Source: Clostridia bacterium (GTDB taxonomy: Bacteria; Bacillota; Clostridia; TANB77; CAG-465). From it: DNA of 64,000 bases. The stretch covers positions 24,620 through 88,619 of the forward strand of contig JAZRUV010000008.1 of the NCBI GenBank assembly GCA_045652705.1, in the 5' to 3' direction. The position numbers and the translations under genes are program-made. The notes below the pieces were generated by a model. It had not been told where the DNA came from. It did no database searches and worked only from the letters and a program-made list of their open reading frames with translations. Positions 1 to 9,100 of this stretch are shown piece after piece. Every line of letters starts with the position of its first letter. The first letter of the stretch is position 1.

Positions 1-99
1 ACTTTCATTTTCTTGGATGAAATAGTATAGGTAGGGTGGTAGGCAAGTATTGCTTATCGCCTTTTTCTTGATTAAATATTAAATAAAGGGGGTATTTTA

Positions 100-540
100 A
101 TGTTAACACCAGTAGATGTTGAAAATAAGGTTTTTAAAAAAACTAAAATCGGAGGATATGACATTAATGATGTTGAAGATTTTTTAGAAAAGTTAATAGT
201 GGATTATGAGGCTGTATTTAAAGAGGTAACAGAATTAAAAGATAAATGTGAGAACCTTCAAGAATCAGTTAAATATTATAAATCATTGGAACAAGGAATT
301 GAACAAAGTATTAATAACGCAAGAGACGAAGCAGAACAAATAAAAGCAAGAGCATTAGATGAGGCTCAGGAAATTAGAGAAAGAAAAGAAAAAGAATACA
401 AAAACAGATTATCTGAACTAGACTTAGAAGTTAAGAGAAAAGAATATGATTTAGAAGAAATAAAAAAAGAGATGCAAATATATAAAATTAAAGTTAAATC
501 TATGCTTGAAGCACAACTTAAAATATTAGATGAAGAATAA
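100..540 (+). CDS. divIVA: DivIVA-domain cell division protein
   Basis: 146 aa. The N-terminus MLTPVDVENKVFKKTKIGGYDINDVEDFLEKL matches the classic DivIVA head and is followed by an E/K-rich coiled-coil-like region. A GGGGG RBS lies upstream. Confidence 0.8.
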   Translation: MLTPVDVENKVFKKTKIGGYDINDVEDFLEKLIVDYEAVFKEVTELKDKCENLQESVKYYKSLEQGIEQSINNARDEAEQIKARALDEAQEIRERKEKEYKNRLSELDLEVKRKEYDLEEIKKEMQIYKIKVKSMLEAQLKILDEE

Positions 541-558
541 AAATGTAAAAATAATATG

Positions 559-600
559 ACAAACAAAGTAGTATATACTATTTTGTTTGTTGTTTGTTTA
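559..600 (+). terminator. Rho-independent terminator after divIVA
   Basis: 13-bp stem acaaacaaagtag/ctattttgtttgt (one G-U pair), 6-nt loop, then T-rich tgtttgttt. Confidence 0.5.
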
Positions 601-623
601 GGGGGTGGAATTTACATATTTTC

Positions 624-651
624 TTGACTTTTCACACATTTGTGGTAATAT
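624..651 (+). promoter_or_regulatory. sigma-A-like promoter upstream of small ORF and valS
   Basis: TTGACT (624-629), 16-nt spacer, TGg-TAATAT extended -10 (643-651). Confidence 0.35.
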
Positions 652-686
652 TATATATGTAATATTTTAGTTTTTAGGGTGAAATA

Positions 687-860
687 ATGAGTGAAAGTAT
701 AATAAATATATTAGCACTAATATTTTTATGTGTTGGTGTTTTTTGTATATTTTGGAAAAGAGACATATTAAAGGATAAAACTAGTAATAAATTTTTGACT
801 ACTAGTGGTTTTGTCGTCTCTGTCATTTCGCTTGTAGTAATATATTTTGTAAATTATTAA
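687..860 (+). CDS. small hydrophobic protein (57 aa, below ORF-track cutoff)
   Basis: ATG 687 follows GGGTGA. The translation MSESIINILALIFLCVGVFCIFWKRD...GFVVSVISLVVIYFVNY contains two hydrophobic helices. The ORF lies between the promoter and valS. Confidence 0.35.
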   Translation: MSESIINILALIFLCVGVFCIFWKRDILKDKTSNKFLTTSGFVVSVISLVVIYFVNY

Positions 861-886
861 TTTAATTAGGTAAAGGAGTAAATAAA

Positions 887-3484
887 ATGAATTTAGGAAC
901 TAGATATAACCCAGGAGAAATAGAAGAAAGAATATATGAAAATTGGGAAAGTAAAGGGTATTTTAAACCACAAATAGATAAGAATGTAAAACCATATACA
1001 ATAGTTATCCCACCACCAAATGTAACAGGACAACTACATATGGGACACGCATTAGATGATACGATACAAGACGTATTAATAAGATATAACAGAATGAAAG
1101 GTGTTCCAACGTTATGGGTACCAGGAACAGACCACGCAAGTATAGCAACAGAAGTTAAAGTTGTTGAAAAACTAGCAAAAGAAGGTAAGACTAAAGAAGA
1201 ATTAGGTAGAGAAGGGTTCCTTAAAGAAGCTTGGGCTTGGAAAGAACTTTATGGTGGAAGAATTACAACTCAACTTAGAAAATTAGGTTGTTCTTGTGAT
1301 TGGTCGCGTGAGCGTTTCACAATGGATGAAGGACTAACAAGAGCTGTTGAATATGTATTCGTTAAATTATATGAAAAAGGCCTTATATACCAAGGTAAGA
1401 GAATAGTTAACTGGTGTACTTGCTGTAAAACATCAATTTCAGATAATGAAGTTGAATATGAAGCAGATAAATCCCATTTATGGCATATTAGATACCAAGT
1501 AGAAGGAACTAACGATTATGTTGTAGTTGCAACTACAAGACCTGAAACAATGTTAGGTGATACAGCTGTTGCAGTACATCCTGAAGATGAGAGATATGAA
1601 GCAATTGTTGGTAAGAATGTTATTCTTCCAATAATAAATAAGGCAATACCAGTTGTTGCAGATACATATGTTGAGAAAGATTTTGGAACAGGTGCGGTTA
1701 AGATTACTCCAGCTCACGACCCTAATGACTATGAATTGGGACTAAGACATAATCTAGAAGTTATTTCTGTAATAAATGAAGATGGAACTATTGCTGAAGG
1801 TTATGGTAAATATACAGGTATGACTCGTGAAGAGGCTAGAGTAGAAATAGTTAAAGAACTTGAAGAAATTGGGGCTTTAGTTAAAACGGAAGATTATGAA
1901 CACAACGTTGGTAAATGCTATAGATGTAAAACAATAGTAGAACCATATGCTTCAAAACAATGGTTTGTAAAAATGGAAGAGCTTGCTCGTCCTGCAATTG
2001 AAGCGGTTAAGAATAAGGAAACAAGATTTATACCAGAGAGATTTGAAAAAATATATATGAATTGGATGGAAAACATTCGTGACTGGTGTATTTCAAGACA
2101 ACTATGGTGGGGCCACAGAATCCCAGCATATTACTGTGAAAAGTGTGGAAAAACTATAGTACAAATGGGACATCCTGTTCAGTGCAGTTGTGGTGGAAAC
2201 CTTGTTCAAGATGAAGACTGTTTAGATACTTGGTTTAGCTCAGCGCTATGGCCATTTAGTACACTAGGTTGGCCGGATAAAACAGAAGATTTAGAATATT
2301 TCTATCCTACAACAACCCTTGTTACTGGTTATGATATTATAACATTCTGGGTATCTAAAATGATATTTAGCGCTATAGAGCATACAGGTGAAGTACCATT
2401 TAAAGATGTATTTATTCATGGACTTGTTAGGGATGCTCAGGGAAGAAAAATGTCTAAGAGCTTAGGTAACGGAATTGACCCACTTGAAGTTATGAAAGAA
2501 TACGGAACAGATGCATTAAGGTTTTCATTAATACAAAACATAGCGCCAGGTAATGATATTCGTTATATACCGGAAAAGGTTGAAGCAGGACGTAACTTTG
2601 CAAATAAACTTTGGAATGCTTCAAGATTCAGTCTAACATATATTGAGAAAATGCCAAACGTAGAGATAGATGAAACTAAACTTTATCCAGAAGACAAATG
2701 GATTTTAAGCAAACTATCTCAAACAATAACAAGTGTTAGAGAAAATATTGAAAAATATGAAATAGGTGTTGCATTAAATACAATATATGATTTTGCTTGG
2801 TCAGACTTCTGTGATTTATATATAGAAATGGTTAAACCAAGATTATATAACGAAACAAGTGAAGGATACGAAGCGGCGGTTGCTACATTAAAATATGTGT
2901 TAGTTAATATATTAAAATTAATACATCCATATATGCCATATATAACAGAAGAGATATATTCTAATTTAGAGACAGGAGATGAAGCGTTAATAATCGCTAA
3001 ATACCCTGAAGCTAAATATAACTTTGAACAAGATGAAAAGTTTGAACAAGAATTAATTGATGTAATACGTGAAGTTAGAAATGCTCGTGCAAATGCTGGG
3101 CTTACAAACTCTAAAAAGATAAATATGACTATATATAGCGAAAACTATTTAGAGAATATTGAAAAATCTGTAGAAATGCTTAAAAAGTTGCTATCTGTTG
3201 ACGAATTAACTATAGCAAAAACTACCGGGCTTGAAGGAGAACATATACATACGCAAAACATAGATCTAGTAGTTGACTTATCTGTTGGAGTAAACAAAGA
3301 GGAGCAAATTGCTAAAGTTAAAGCTGAAATAGCTAAAGCGCAAGGCGAACTAAAAAGAGCACAAGGTATGCTTGCAAATGAAAAATTTGTATCTAAAGCA
3401 CCTGCAGAATTAATTGAAGCAGAAAAAGAAAAAGTTAAGAAATATACTGAGCTTATAGCAAAACTGGAAGATAGTATAAAATAA
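887..3484 (+). CDS. valS: valine--tRNA ligase
   Basis: 865 aa. It has the class I HIGH motif (PPPNVTGQLHMGHAL), the KMSKS motif (GRKMSKSLGNG) and a C-terminal coiled coil typical of ValRS. An AAAGGAG RBS is present. Confidence 0.97.
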   Translation: MNLGTRYNPGEIEERIYENWESKGYFKPQIDKNVKPYTIVIPPPNVTGQLHMGHALDDTIQDVLIRYNRMKGVPTLWVPGTDHASIATEVKVVEKLAKEGKTKEELGREGFLKEAWAWKELYGGRITTQLRKLGCSCDWSRERFTMDEGLTRAVEYVFVKLYEKGLIYQGKRIVNWCTCCKTSISDNEVEYEADKSHLWHIRYQVEGTNDYVVVATTRPETMLGDTAVAVHPEDERYEAIVGKNVILPIINKAIPVVADTYVEKDFGTGAVKITPAHDPNDYELGLRHNLEVISVINEDGTIAEGYGKYTGMTREEARVEIVKELEEIGALVKTEDYEHNVGKCYRCKTIVEPYASKQWFVKMEELARPAIEAVKNKETRFIPERFEKIYMNWMENIRDWCISRQLWWGHRIPAYYCEKCGKTIVQMGHPVQCSCGGNLVQDEDCLDTWFSSALWPFSTLGWPDKTEDLEYFYPTTTLVTGYDIITFWVSKMIFSAIEHTGEVPFKDVFIHGLVRDAQGRKMSKSLGNGIDPLEVMKEYGTDALRFSLIQNIAPGNDIRYIPEKVEAGRNFANKLWNASRFSLTYIEKMPNVEIDETKLYPEDKWILSKLSQTITSVRENIEKYEIGVALNTIYDFAWSDFCDLYIEMVKPRLYNETSEGYEAAVATLKYVLVNILKLIHPYMPYITEEIYSNLETGDEALIIAKYPEAKYNFEQDEKFEQELIDVIREVRNARANAGLTNSKKINMTIYSENYLENIEKSVEMLKKLLSVDELTIAKTTGLEGEHIHTQNIDLVVDLSVGVNKEEQIAKVKAEIAKAQGELKRAQGMLANEKFVSKAPAELIEAEKEKVKKYTELIAKLEDSIK

Positions 3485-3494
3485 ATATAAAAGA

Positions 3495-3524
3495 AACGAC
3501 CTCAAATTAATGAGGTCGTTTTGT
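3495..3524. terminator. valS terminator, shared with the convergent gene
   Basis: 10-bp stem aacgacctca/tgaggtcgtt, 6-nt loop, then tttt. The right arm also encodes the last codons of the minus-strand ORF 3507-4079. Confidence 0.75.
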
Positions 3525-4079
3525 GGGCCATTCAACAGAATGGTTCCGGTTGATGATAGTCAAATCTCTACTATATGCATCACACACAAGAATGTAGTTG
3601 AAGATGTGGTAATGAGCCAAACAGTACTTTGTAATCTCTTCTGTGTAGAATTTATGGTTTTCTAGAGCTTCGTCATTACGGGCGATTCTAAACTCGACGT
3701 TGTAGCAGGGGGTGTAGTGCACAAATATGGTTTCGCCAAGCCGCTTTCCGAAGTTTTTAGCATATATATTGCATAGAGTTTTGGCAACTTTTTTTAAGAA
3801 TTTGTTATTCTTAAAAGCTGGAGGAATTTCTGCAAAGAGTAGGGGGATGCTATCAACGGTCATTCTTTCATTATCGTTGGTGATCCACCACGCTGTCCGA
3901 ATGTTATTTGTGTTGATAAAATGAATGCCGTAAGTAACAGCCTGTTCATAGTCTTTCTTAGGGACGTATAATGTGTCGTATCCAAGATAATTGTCGCGCT
4001 CTACCTTGAATTGGTTTGCCAGGAACCGTTCGACTTTTTTGCAATCATCCCGGTTAATGAACATAAAACAAAGTTTCAT
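3507..4079 (-). CDS. hypothetical protein (190 aa), GC-richer orphan
   Basis: The ORF has an AAAGGAG RBS and its own consensus promoter (4131-4159). I recognise no motif. Confidence 0.6.
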   Translation of the reverse strand: MKLCFMFINRDDCKKVERFLANQFKVERDNYLGYDTLYVPKKDYEQAVTYGIHFINTNNIRTAWWITNDNERMTVDSIPLLFAEIPPAFKNNKFLKKVAKTLCNIYAKNFGKRLGETIFVHYTPCYNVEFRIARNDEALENHKFYTEEITKYCLAHYHIFNYILVCDAYSRDLTIINRNHSVEWPTKRPH

Positions 4080-4130
4080 AGTAAATACTCCTTTATAGTT
4101 AAAAAGATTTTAAGTGTGTTCAACAATTAA

Positions 4131-4159
4131 ATTATACCATAAAATTAAATTTATGTCAA
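4131..4159 (-). promoter_or_regulatory. near-consensus sigma-A promoter for ORF 3507-4079
   Basis: On the minus strand: TTGACA (4154-4159), 17-nt spacer, TGg-TATAAT (4131-4136). Confidence 0.6.
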
Positions 4160-4161
4160 CT

Positions 4162-4202
4162 TAACAAAAAAATACACCTTAATCATTAGATTAAGGTGTA
4201 TT
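4162..4202 (-). terminator. Rho-independent terminator of ORF 4221-4562
   Basis: 13-bp perfect stem aatacaccttaat/attaaggtgtatt, 6-nt loop, followed on the minus strand by tttttgtt. Confidence 0.8.
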
Positions 4203-4220
4203 GCAGCATGGTAGCTCATA

Positions 4221-4562
4221 TTATTCTTCCAATTCGAGGTTGGAAATGAGAGGCCATTCTTCTTCGACGAAGTAGTTTCCAGCATCATAAGAATGCTTGT
4301 TAGCATGGGGTACAACTTCAACGATTACTTCGGGGTGCCAAATACCGGCACAGTAGCGTTTGGTGTGCACGACAGAGACGACATCATAGGAATGTTCGCT
4401 ATCAATGCAAACGGTTTCGCCTATTCTAGGGATGATATCCAAAGAGTATGACATAAATCCTTCGATATGGCGTGCTTTCATTTTGACTATTTTCTTAAAA
4501 TTGGGTGATGCGGGGTCAAGACATCTTTCTACTATCCGTTCCCTCAAAGTTACGAATAACAT
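4221..4562 (-). CDS. hypothetical protein (113 aa from the second ATG), GC-richer orphan
   Basis: The ORF track extends to 4577. The ATG at 4562 (MLFVTLRER...) is placed 8 nt after GGAGG, so I prefer it as the start. I recognise no motif. Confidence 0.55.
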   Translation of the reverse strand: MLFVTLRERIVERCLDPASPNFKKIVKMKARHIEGFMSYSLDIIPRIGETVCIDSEHSYDVVSVVHTKRYCAGIWHPEVIVEVVPHANKHSYDAGNYFVEEEWPLISNLELEE

Positions 4563-4682
4563 TTCTTTTTCCTCCATTATAAATTATTATTTTTGGTTGA
4601 CGTCAAAAAGCATACATATTATATCATATGTGTCAAGCACCCAAAATATTCCAAAAAATAGAAAAATAGCAAAATAAATTTG

Positions 4683-5552
4683 CTATATTCCCGGCATTCC
4701 TTCTCTATACTGACCTCTAGTTTGTACACCACCAATACCTTTTAAACCTTCACGAGTATTTGAAATTATACTAGCTAAAGGTGCAAACTTATCTACTGGA
4801 GTGTATGCAACTGTTTGCGCTACTATTATAGGGTCAAGCATATCTATTAAAACTCGTTTAGGGGCACTTGCAAAATTAGCTCCTGCACTTATAATAGCCT
4901 CATAATATGACTGACAAGCACCAGCAAATATTACAAGGTTGTCTAAAGAATGTTCGTATCGTCTAGCTTCTAGTACGCTTTCTATAAAATACCTAGAGTT
5001 TTTGTAATTATCTATATTATATATATCACTTTTTTTTCGGATAAATGCATCGTGGCCAGTAAGAACTAATATATTTGGCCTAATTCTCGTTAGAAGACTA
5101 TAAATATGCTTAGGCTGTTCTTGTTCTTTAATGTTATATACATGAGCTACGATTCCCATTTTCTTATACATATCCTTACACTTTAATGCATATTCTGGGT
5201 CGCCATCAATATGTAATACTACTCCGGGTTTTTTCAAAATTTCATCTTTAGAATACATATAAGAAGGATTATCTCTACTCGTATAATAACTATTTCTAAT
5301 ATTAAATCTATTTGTAACTCCCGAATATGAACGAGAGAGTCTTGTTCTAGAGTTTTTTTCTATATCACTAAGCATACGTTTAGCTTCATTATCCGTTATA
5401 AGTCTAAGATCATATATAGGGGCGTCGGCAAGTATTCTGACAGTAATTCCAACAAGGTCTGCCATATCACCATTTAATCGTTGTATTTTAAATAAAACAT
5501 CATAGTTATATGATTTTCTTGCTACAATATCTCCAATTTTAAAATTCGGCAT
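4683..5552 (-). CDS. yabG: sporulation-specific protease YabG
   Basis: Matches B. subtilis YabG motifs as I recall them: IGDIVARKSYNYDVLFKI, VLTGHDA, VIFAGACQSYYEAIISAGANFASAP, GIGGVQTRG. I chose the start at MPNFKIGD because a GAGGTGA RBS precedes it; the track ORF begins 17 codons earlier. Confidence 0.85.
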   Translation of the reverse strand: MPNFKIGDIVARKSYNYDVLFKIQRLNGDMADLVGITVRILADAPIYDLRLITDNEAKRMLSDIEKNSRTRLSRSYSGVTNRFNIRNSYYTSRDNPSYMYSKDEILKKPGVVLHIDGDPEYALKCKDMYKKMGIVAHVYNIKEQEQPKHIYSLLTRIRPNILVLTGHDAFIRKKSDIYNIDNYKNSRYFIESVLEARRYEHSLDNLVIFAGACQSYYEAIISAGANFASAPKRVLIDMLDPIIVAQTVAYTPVDKFAPLASIISNTREGLKGIGGVQTRGQYREGMPGI

Positions 5553-5599
5553 AAAAATCACCTCTAAGGTATTGTATGCTAAATTTTTAAATTTGCTAT

Positions 5600-5641
5600 A
5601 CAAACAAAATGAAAGACGGTTAGCATTTGCTAACCGTCTTT
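5600..5641 (-). terminator. terminator ending the TelA/TerY-P-like operon
   Basis: 13-bp stem aaagacggttagc/gctaaccgtcttt, 4-nt loop, followed on the minus strand by cattttgtttg. Confidence 0.6.
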
Positions 5642-5648
5642 ATAGGGA

Positions 5649-6071
5649 TTACTTATTCAGTTTTGTGCCACACTTGTGACAGAAATCATTTTCCTTAGGC
5701 TGGGGGGTGCCGCACTTGTGACAGAAGCAGTTTGCTGTAGGAACTTGTTCCTCTGCTTCTGGCTGCAGATCAATATCCGGTTCCTCTTGGGGAGCAGTAA
5801 TCTCTTCATACTGTTCTTCCAAAGCAGCAAGCTTAGCTGCCGCCGCGGCGATATCTGCCGTGATCTCCGGCTTGGGGCGTACGCCTGCCAGTTCTGCGTT
5901 GCCGTGATAAGTCAAGCGACCGAGTTCAGCAAACAGATCATTGACTGCAAGCTTCTGAGCCTGGATATCCTGACTCAGCTGAAACCGTTCACAACCATTT
6001 TCCACTGCTGTCTGAGCCTTAGAGAAAAGACTTTCAGCCTTTTTGCCCAAATCCTCAAAAAATTTACCCAT
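5649..6071 (-). CDS. coiled-coil protein with C-terminal double zinc ribbon
   Basis: 140 aa. The C-terminus CFCHKCGTPQPKENDFCHKCGTKL contains two CxxC pairs. The segment is very GC-rich (for example gctgccgccgcggcg near 5835). Confidence 0.7.
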   Translation of the reverse strand: MGKFFEDLGKKAESLFSKAQTAVENGCERFQLSQDIQAQKLAVNDLFAELGRLTYHGNAELAGVRPKPEITADIAAAAAKLAALEEQYEEITAPQEEPDIDLQPEAEEQVPTANCFCHKCGTPQPKENDFCHKCGTKLNK

Positions 6072-6146
6072 AATTTATTCCTCCTAAAATTTTATTTGGT
6101 TTTTGAGTTGTGCTGATAAATATTATATCACAAAACCCTTGATGAA

Positions 6147-9100
6147 TCAAGACTTGATGTACATATACGCCTTGTCTTTGCTGCAGATGACGAACCTATT
6201 TGCTTTACGTTCAATTAAACAGCCTTGGGCTGCAAACTGAGATGTAAACTCTTTCTTAGTACCATCTATTACGTTATAGAAGTAAATAGTATCGCCAATC
6301 ATATAGTACAGCGTATTCTTGTAGAAGCAACTAGTGTTAGAAATCTCTTCTTTCAAGTTGAATACTGAATGTGAACCATCACTTGAAATCAAAACACCTT
6401 TTGTTTGATGACAGCCAGAAAGGAGTACTAAATAGTTACCAGACTCACTATCATAAAACAGACGTGATTGCATATTTTCACCTAAGCCTATGGTATCAAC
6501 TGAGGTCAACTGTTCCAAGTTACAATAAATGTGAACAAAGAATCTATCCTTTACCAAGAAGATAAACTTACGCTCATCTGTTACTAAGAAATCGAAAGGT
6601 GACAGAGTCGATGAGTTAACAACAATTCCGTCAGATTCCTGTTGTGACCTGCTACCGATTTGTTTTACGTGCACATTATTATCCGAAGAAGAAATGTAGT
6701 ATAGATTATTATTTGATGCATATACAACATCTTCTTTTGAAAGAGCACTATAGATATTGAATTTACCAGTAGTATCATTTAAAACAACGGAGTTATTAGG
6801 CGTGGTGAGAATGATGTAGTTGCCTGTTATTTTGCAAGAAATTGTACCAGAGGAAAATCTCAACAATTTGCGTTCGCACCATAAGAGGTAGCCAGAAGTA
6901 TCAATATAAGTGTGATAACTTAGGGCAAAACGACAAGGAGATAAACGCTTAACTTCTGTAAATTTCATTGCGTTGCTAGGGTTAGGGGTATCCAGTGAGG
7001 TTTTGAATTGTTCAAGGATAGCTCGCATACTTTCACGCTTTTTGCCTTCAAAAGTACTCTTAAAAAACTGAACAAGTTGTCTTGGCATGAAGTCCCAACC
7101 AATACTAATGTTAGGAACTTTAATACCATGATTTCCTAGTACAGATTTTCTGAGTTTCATTCTTGTTATTTCATCAGAGGGCACAAATTTAGAGCTAGAA
7201 ATGCCTCTAAACGGGTGCGAATAGGTGAAATAATAGAATGCTTGAATGGCAAGAGAATACCAATCATCAGCCTTTGTGATGTTTTTGTTTTCAGCTGATG
7301 GCGGGTATATATACATGTCTGTAAATACGAAATTCTTGACATTATCAAAACTCATACCGTCCATATCGATAAAGTAGACAGTCTTACCTTTTATTAAGAT
7401 ATTACCACCATTGAGGTCACCGATATATCCACCAATAGAATGGAGAAATTCGATGCCTATGCATACTTTAATGAGAATATCTACGATGTCAGCTCTAGTA
7501 TAACCTTTGCTTGCAACAAAATCCTTATCTTTAAGACAAGAAATTTTGAAAGACCCATCAATATCCTGTTGGACAAATCCTTTGAGTTTTATACTAGTTC
7601 CATTTGACTCATACTGTACCTCGTCAATGGTAACAAACTTAATATCAGAATGCTCATCGTTAAACGACTTAAACTGAGCTCTTTTTTGAAGTGCCTTTCC
7701 AAGTATTTTAGACTTGAATACTAAATCAACACCGGGTTTAAATAACTTTACAATCTTTCCGCCCTTATAGGGGTAGAGTGTCGCTTCTCCTCCTTCAAAA
7801 GCTGGCTTGTCTTTTTGGAACTGTTCGAAATGACTTGCTGGAAAAACAATAATGTCATCAACACTAATGCCGTCAGCAAGACACAAAGGACAGAGCGTAT
7901 TTTTGCTTGAAAATGGAATGTTGTGTACATTACAAAAAGCAGAAATGCACTCTTCCAAGATGGAGGTAGTGAACTTCAAATTTTCGATGTCTTGAATAAG
8001 ATTATATACCTCAGAACCTTTTACAGTACTGGTAGTATTTAGCATCGAATCAGACATAATGTAACCCACTAAGAATTCACCAAACGCCAATAATGTTTTG
8101 TGCATTGCATCTTTATCTTTAGCTAAAATAGCTTCACAATTCATAAAGGGGAGTTTGAAAATGATAAGTTCACCCTTATAATCTTTGTGCATACAAATAG
8201 AACTAAAGAAATCCTTATCATCAGTGATGCATGAACCGTTCAAGATGAGCGGAAGCAACTTCTTGTACATAACAAGTATGACTTGAAGTCGTTGCCTAGA
8301 TTCAAATAAGGATATTGGCAAAATGTTTTCAAAGTTAAATCTTGCCTTCTCAAAGTACACTACGCCAACAACTTTGTTGCCTTTAAGCGCTAACGAATCG
8401 GGCTGAAAGAAGAAGTGGTTAAACAAACCATGTTCAATACCAATTTTACACTGTTTAATAATCCTAGGATTCAGTGTTAAACCAAAGTGGTTACCAATAA
8501 GTGAATTACGGTAATTTGTTTCATGAAAATGCCACTCATCGTCACCGTAAATCTGGCGTGACGAGAATTGGTTAGTAACACAAAAAATCTTTCTACATTC
8601 AGGGCAAAGAGAACCTTCAATGTAGTACAGATTATGCTCTTTGCAAAGCAAAACGTTATTTGCTGTACTCCTATGACCATTATCGTAAAGTTCGCTATAC
8701 GAAAAAACTTCAAATGGCATATTTGTATCGCGATGGAAGTTTAACGCATTAAACAGATTTTTAAAGTGAGTCTCAAGATTAATTCCTGCGTTATATTGAG
8801 AATGCTTTAGCCAGTTGTTATTAAGGAAAACATTGTAATCCGGATCTACTAACATTTGGCATATATTGCTTTCATCAATTATCCAACCGTGATTTTGTTG
8901 GATAGATAACAAAGAAGAGAGCAACTTATAAAAAACTGCAGTGTCAACTTTACCATCTTGGATGAGCTTACCTATAGTGGTAAGATTTAACTTGTTCCAA
9001 ACAACGCCAACAATTTGGTAGCTATTTGCAACACATAAATCTCTACTTACAATCACTTTGGAAGGATGCAAGTAAAAGTCTTCTGTGTTGGCAAATATTT

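Noticed and set aside
541-886. Possible T-box leader upstream of valS, since aminoacyl-tRNA synthetase genes in Firmicutes often have one; gggggtggaa at 601-610 looked vaguely like the T-box core.
   Set aside because: There is no AGGGTGGNACCGCG-type T-box sequence, no specifier/antiterminator architecture and no terminator before valS. The region is better explained by a terminator, a promoter and a 57-codon hydrophobic ORF.
5553-5610. Possible sigma-K-type promoter for yabG (CATACAATA at 5570-5578 on the minus strand).
   Set aside because: Only the -10-like element matches. No AC -35 element sits at the right spacing, and the implied leader would be about 11 nt. This is too weak to call.
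5676-6116. Plus-strand ORF of 146 aa.
   Set aside because: It is antisense to the zinc-ribbon gene, whose product has clear CxxC motifs and an RBS. It is a shadow ORF of a GC-rich segment.
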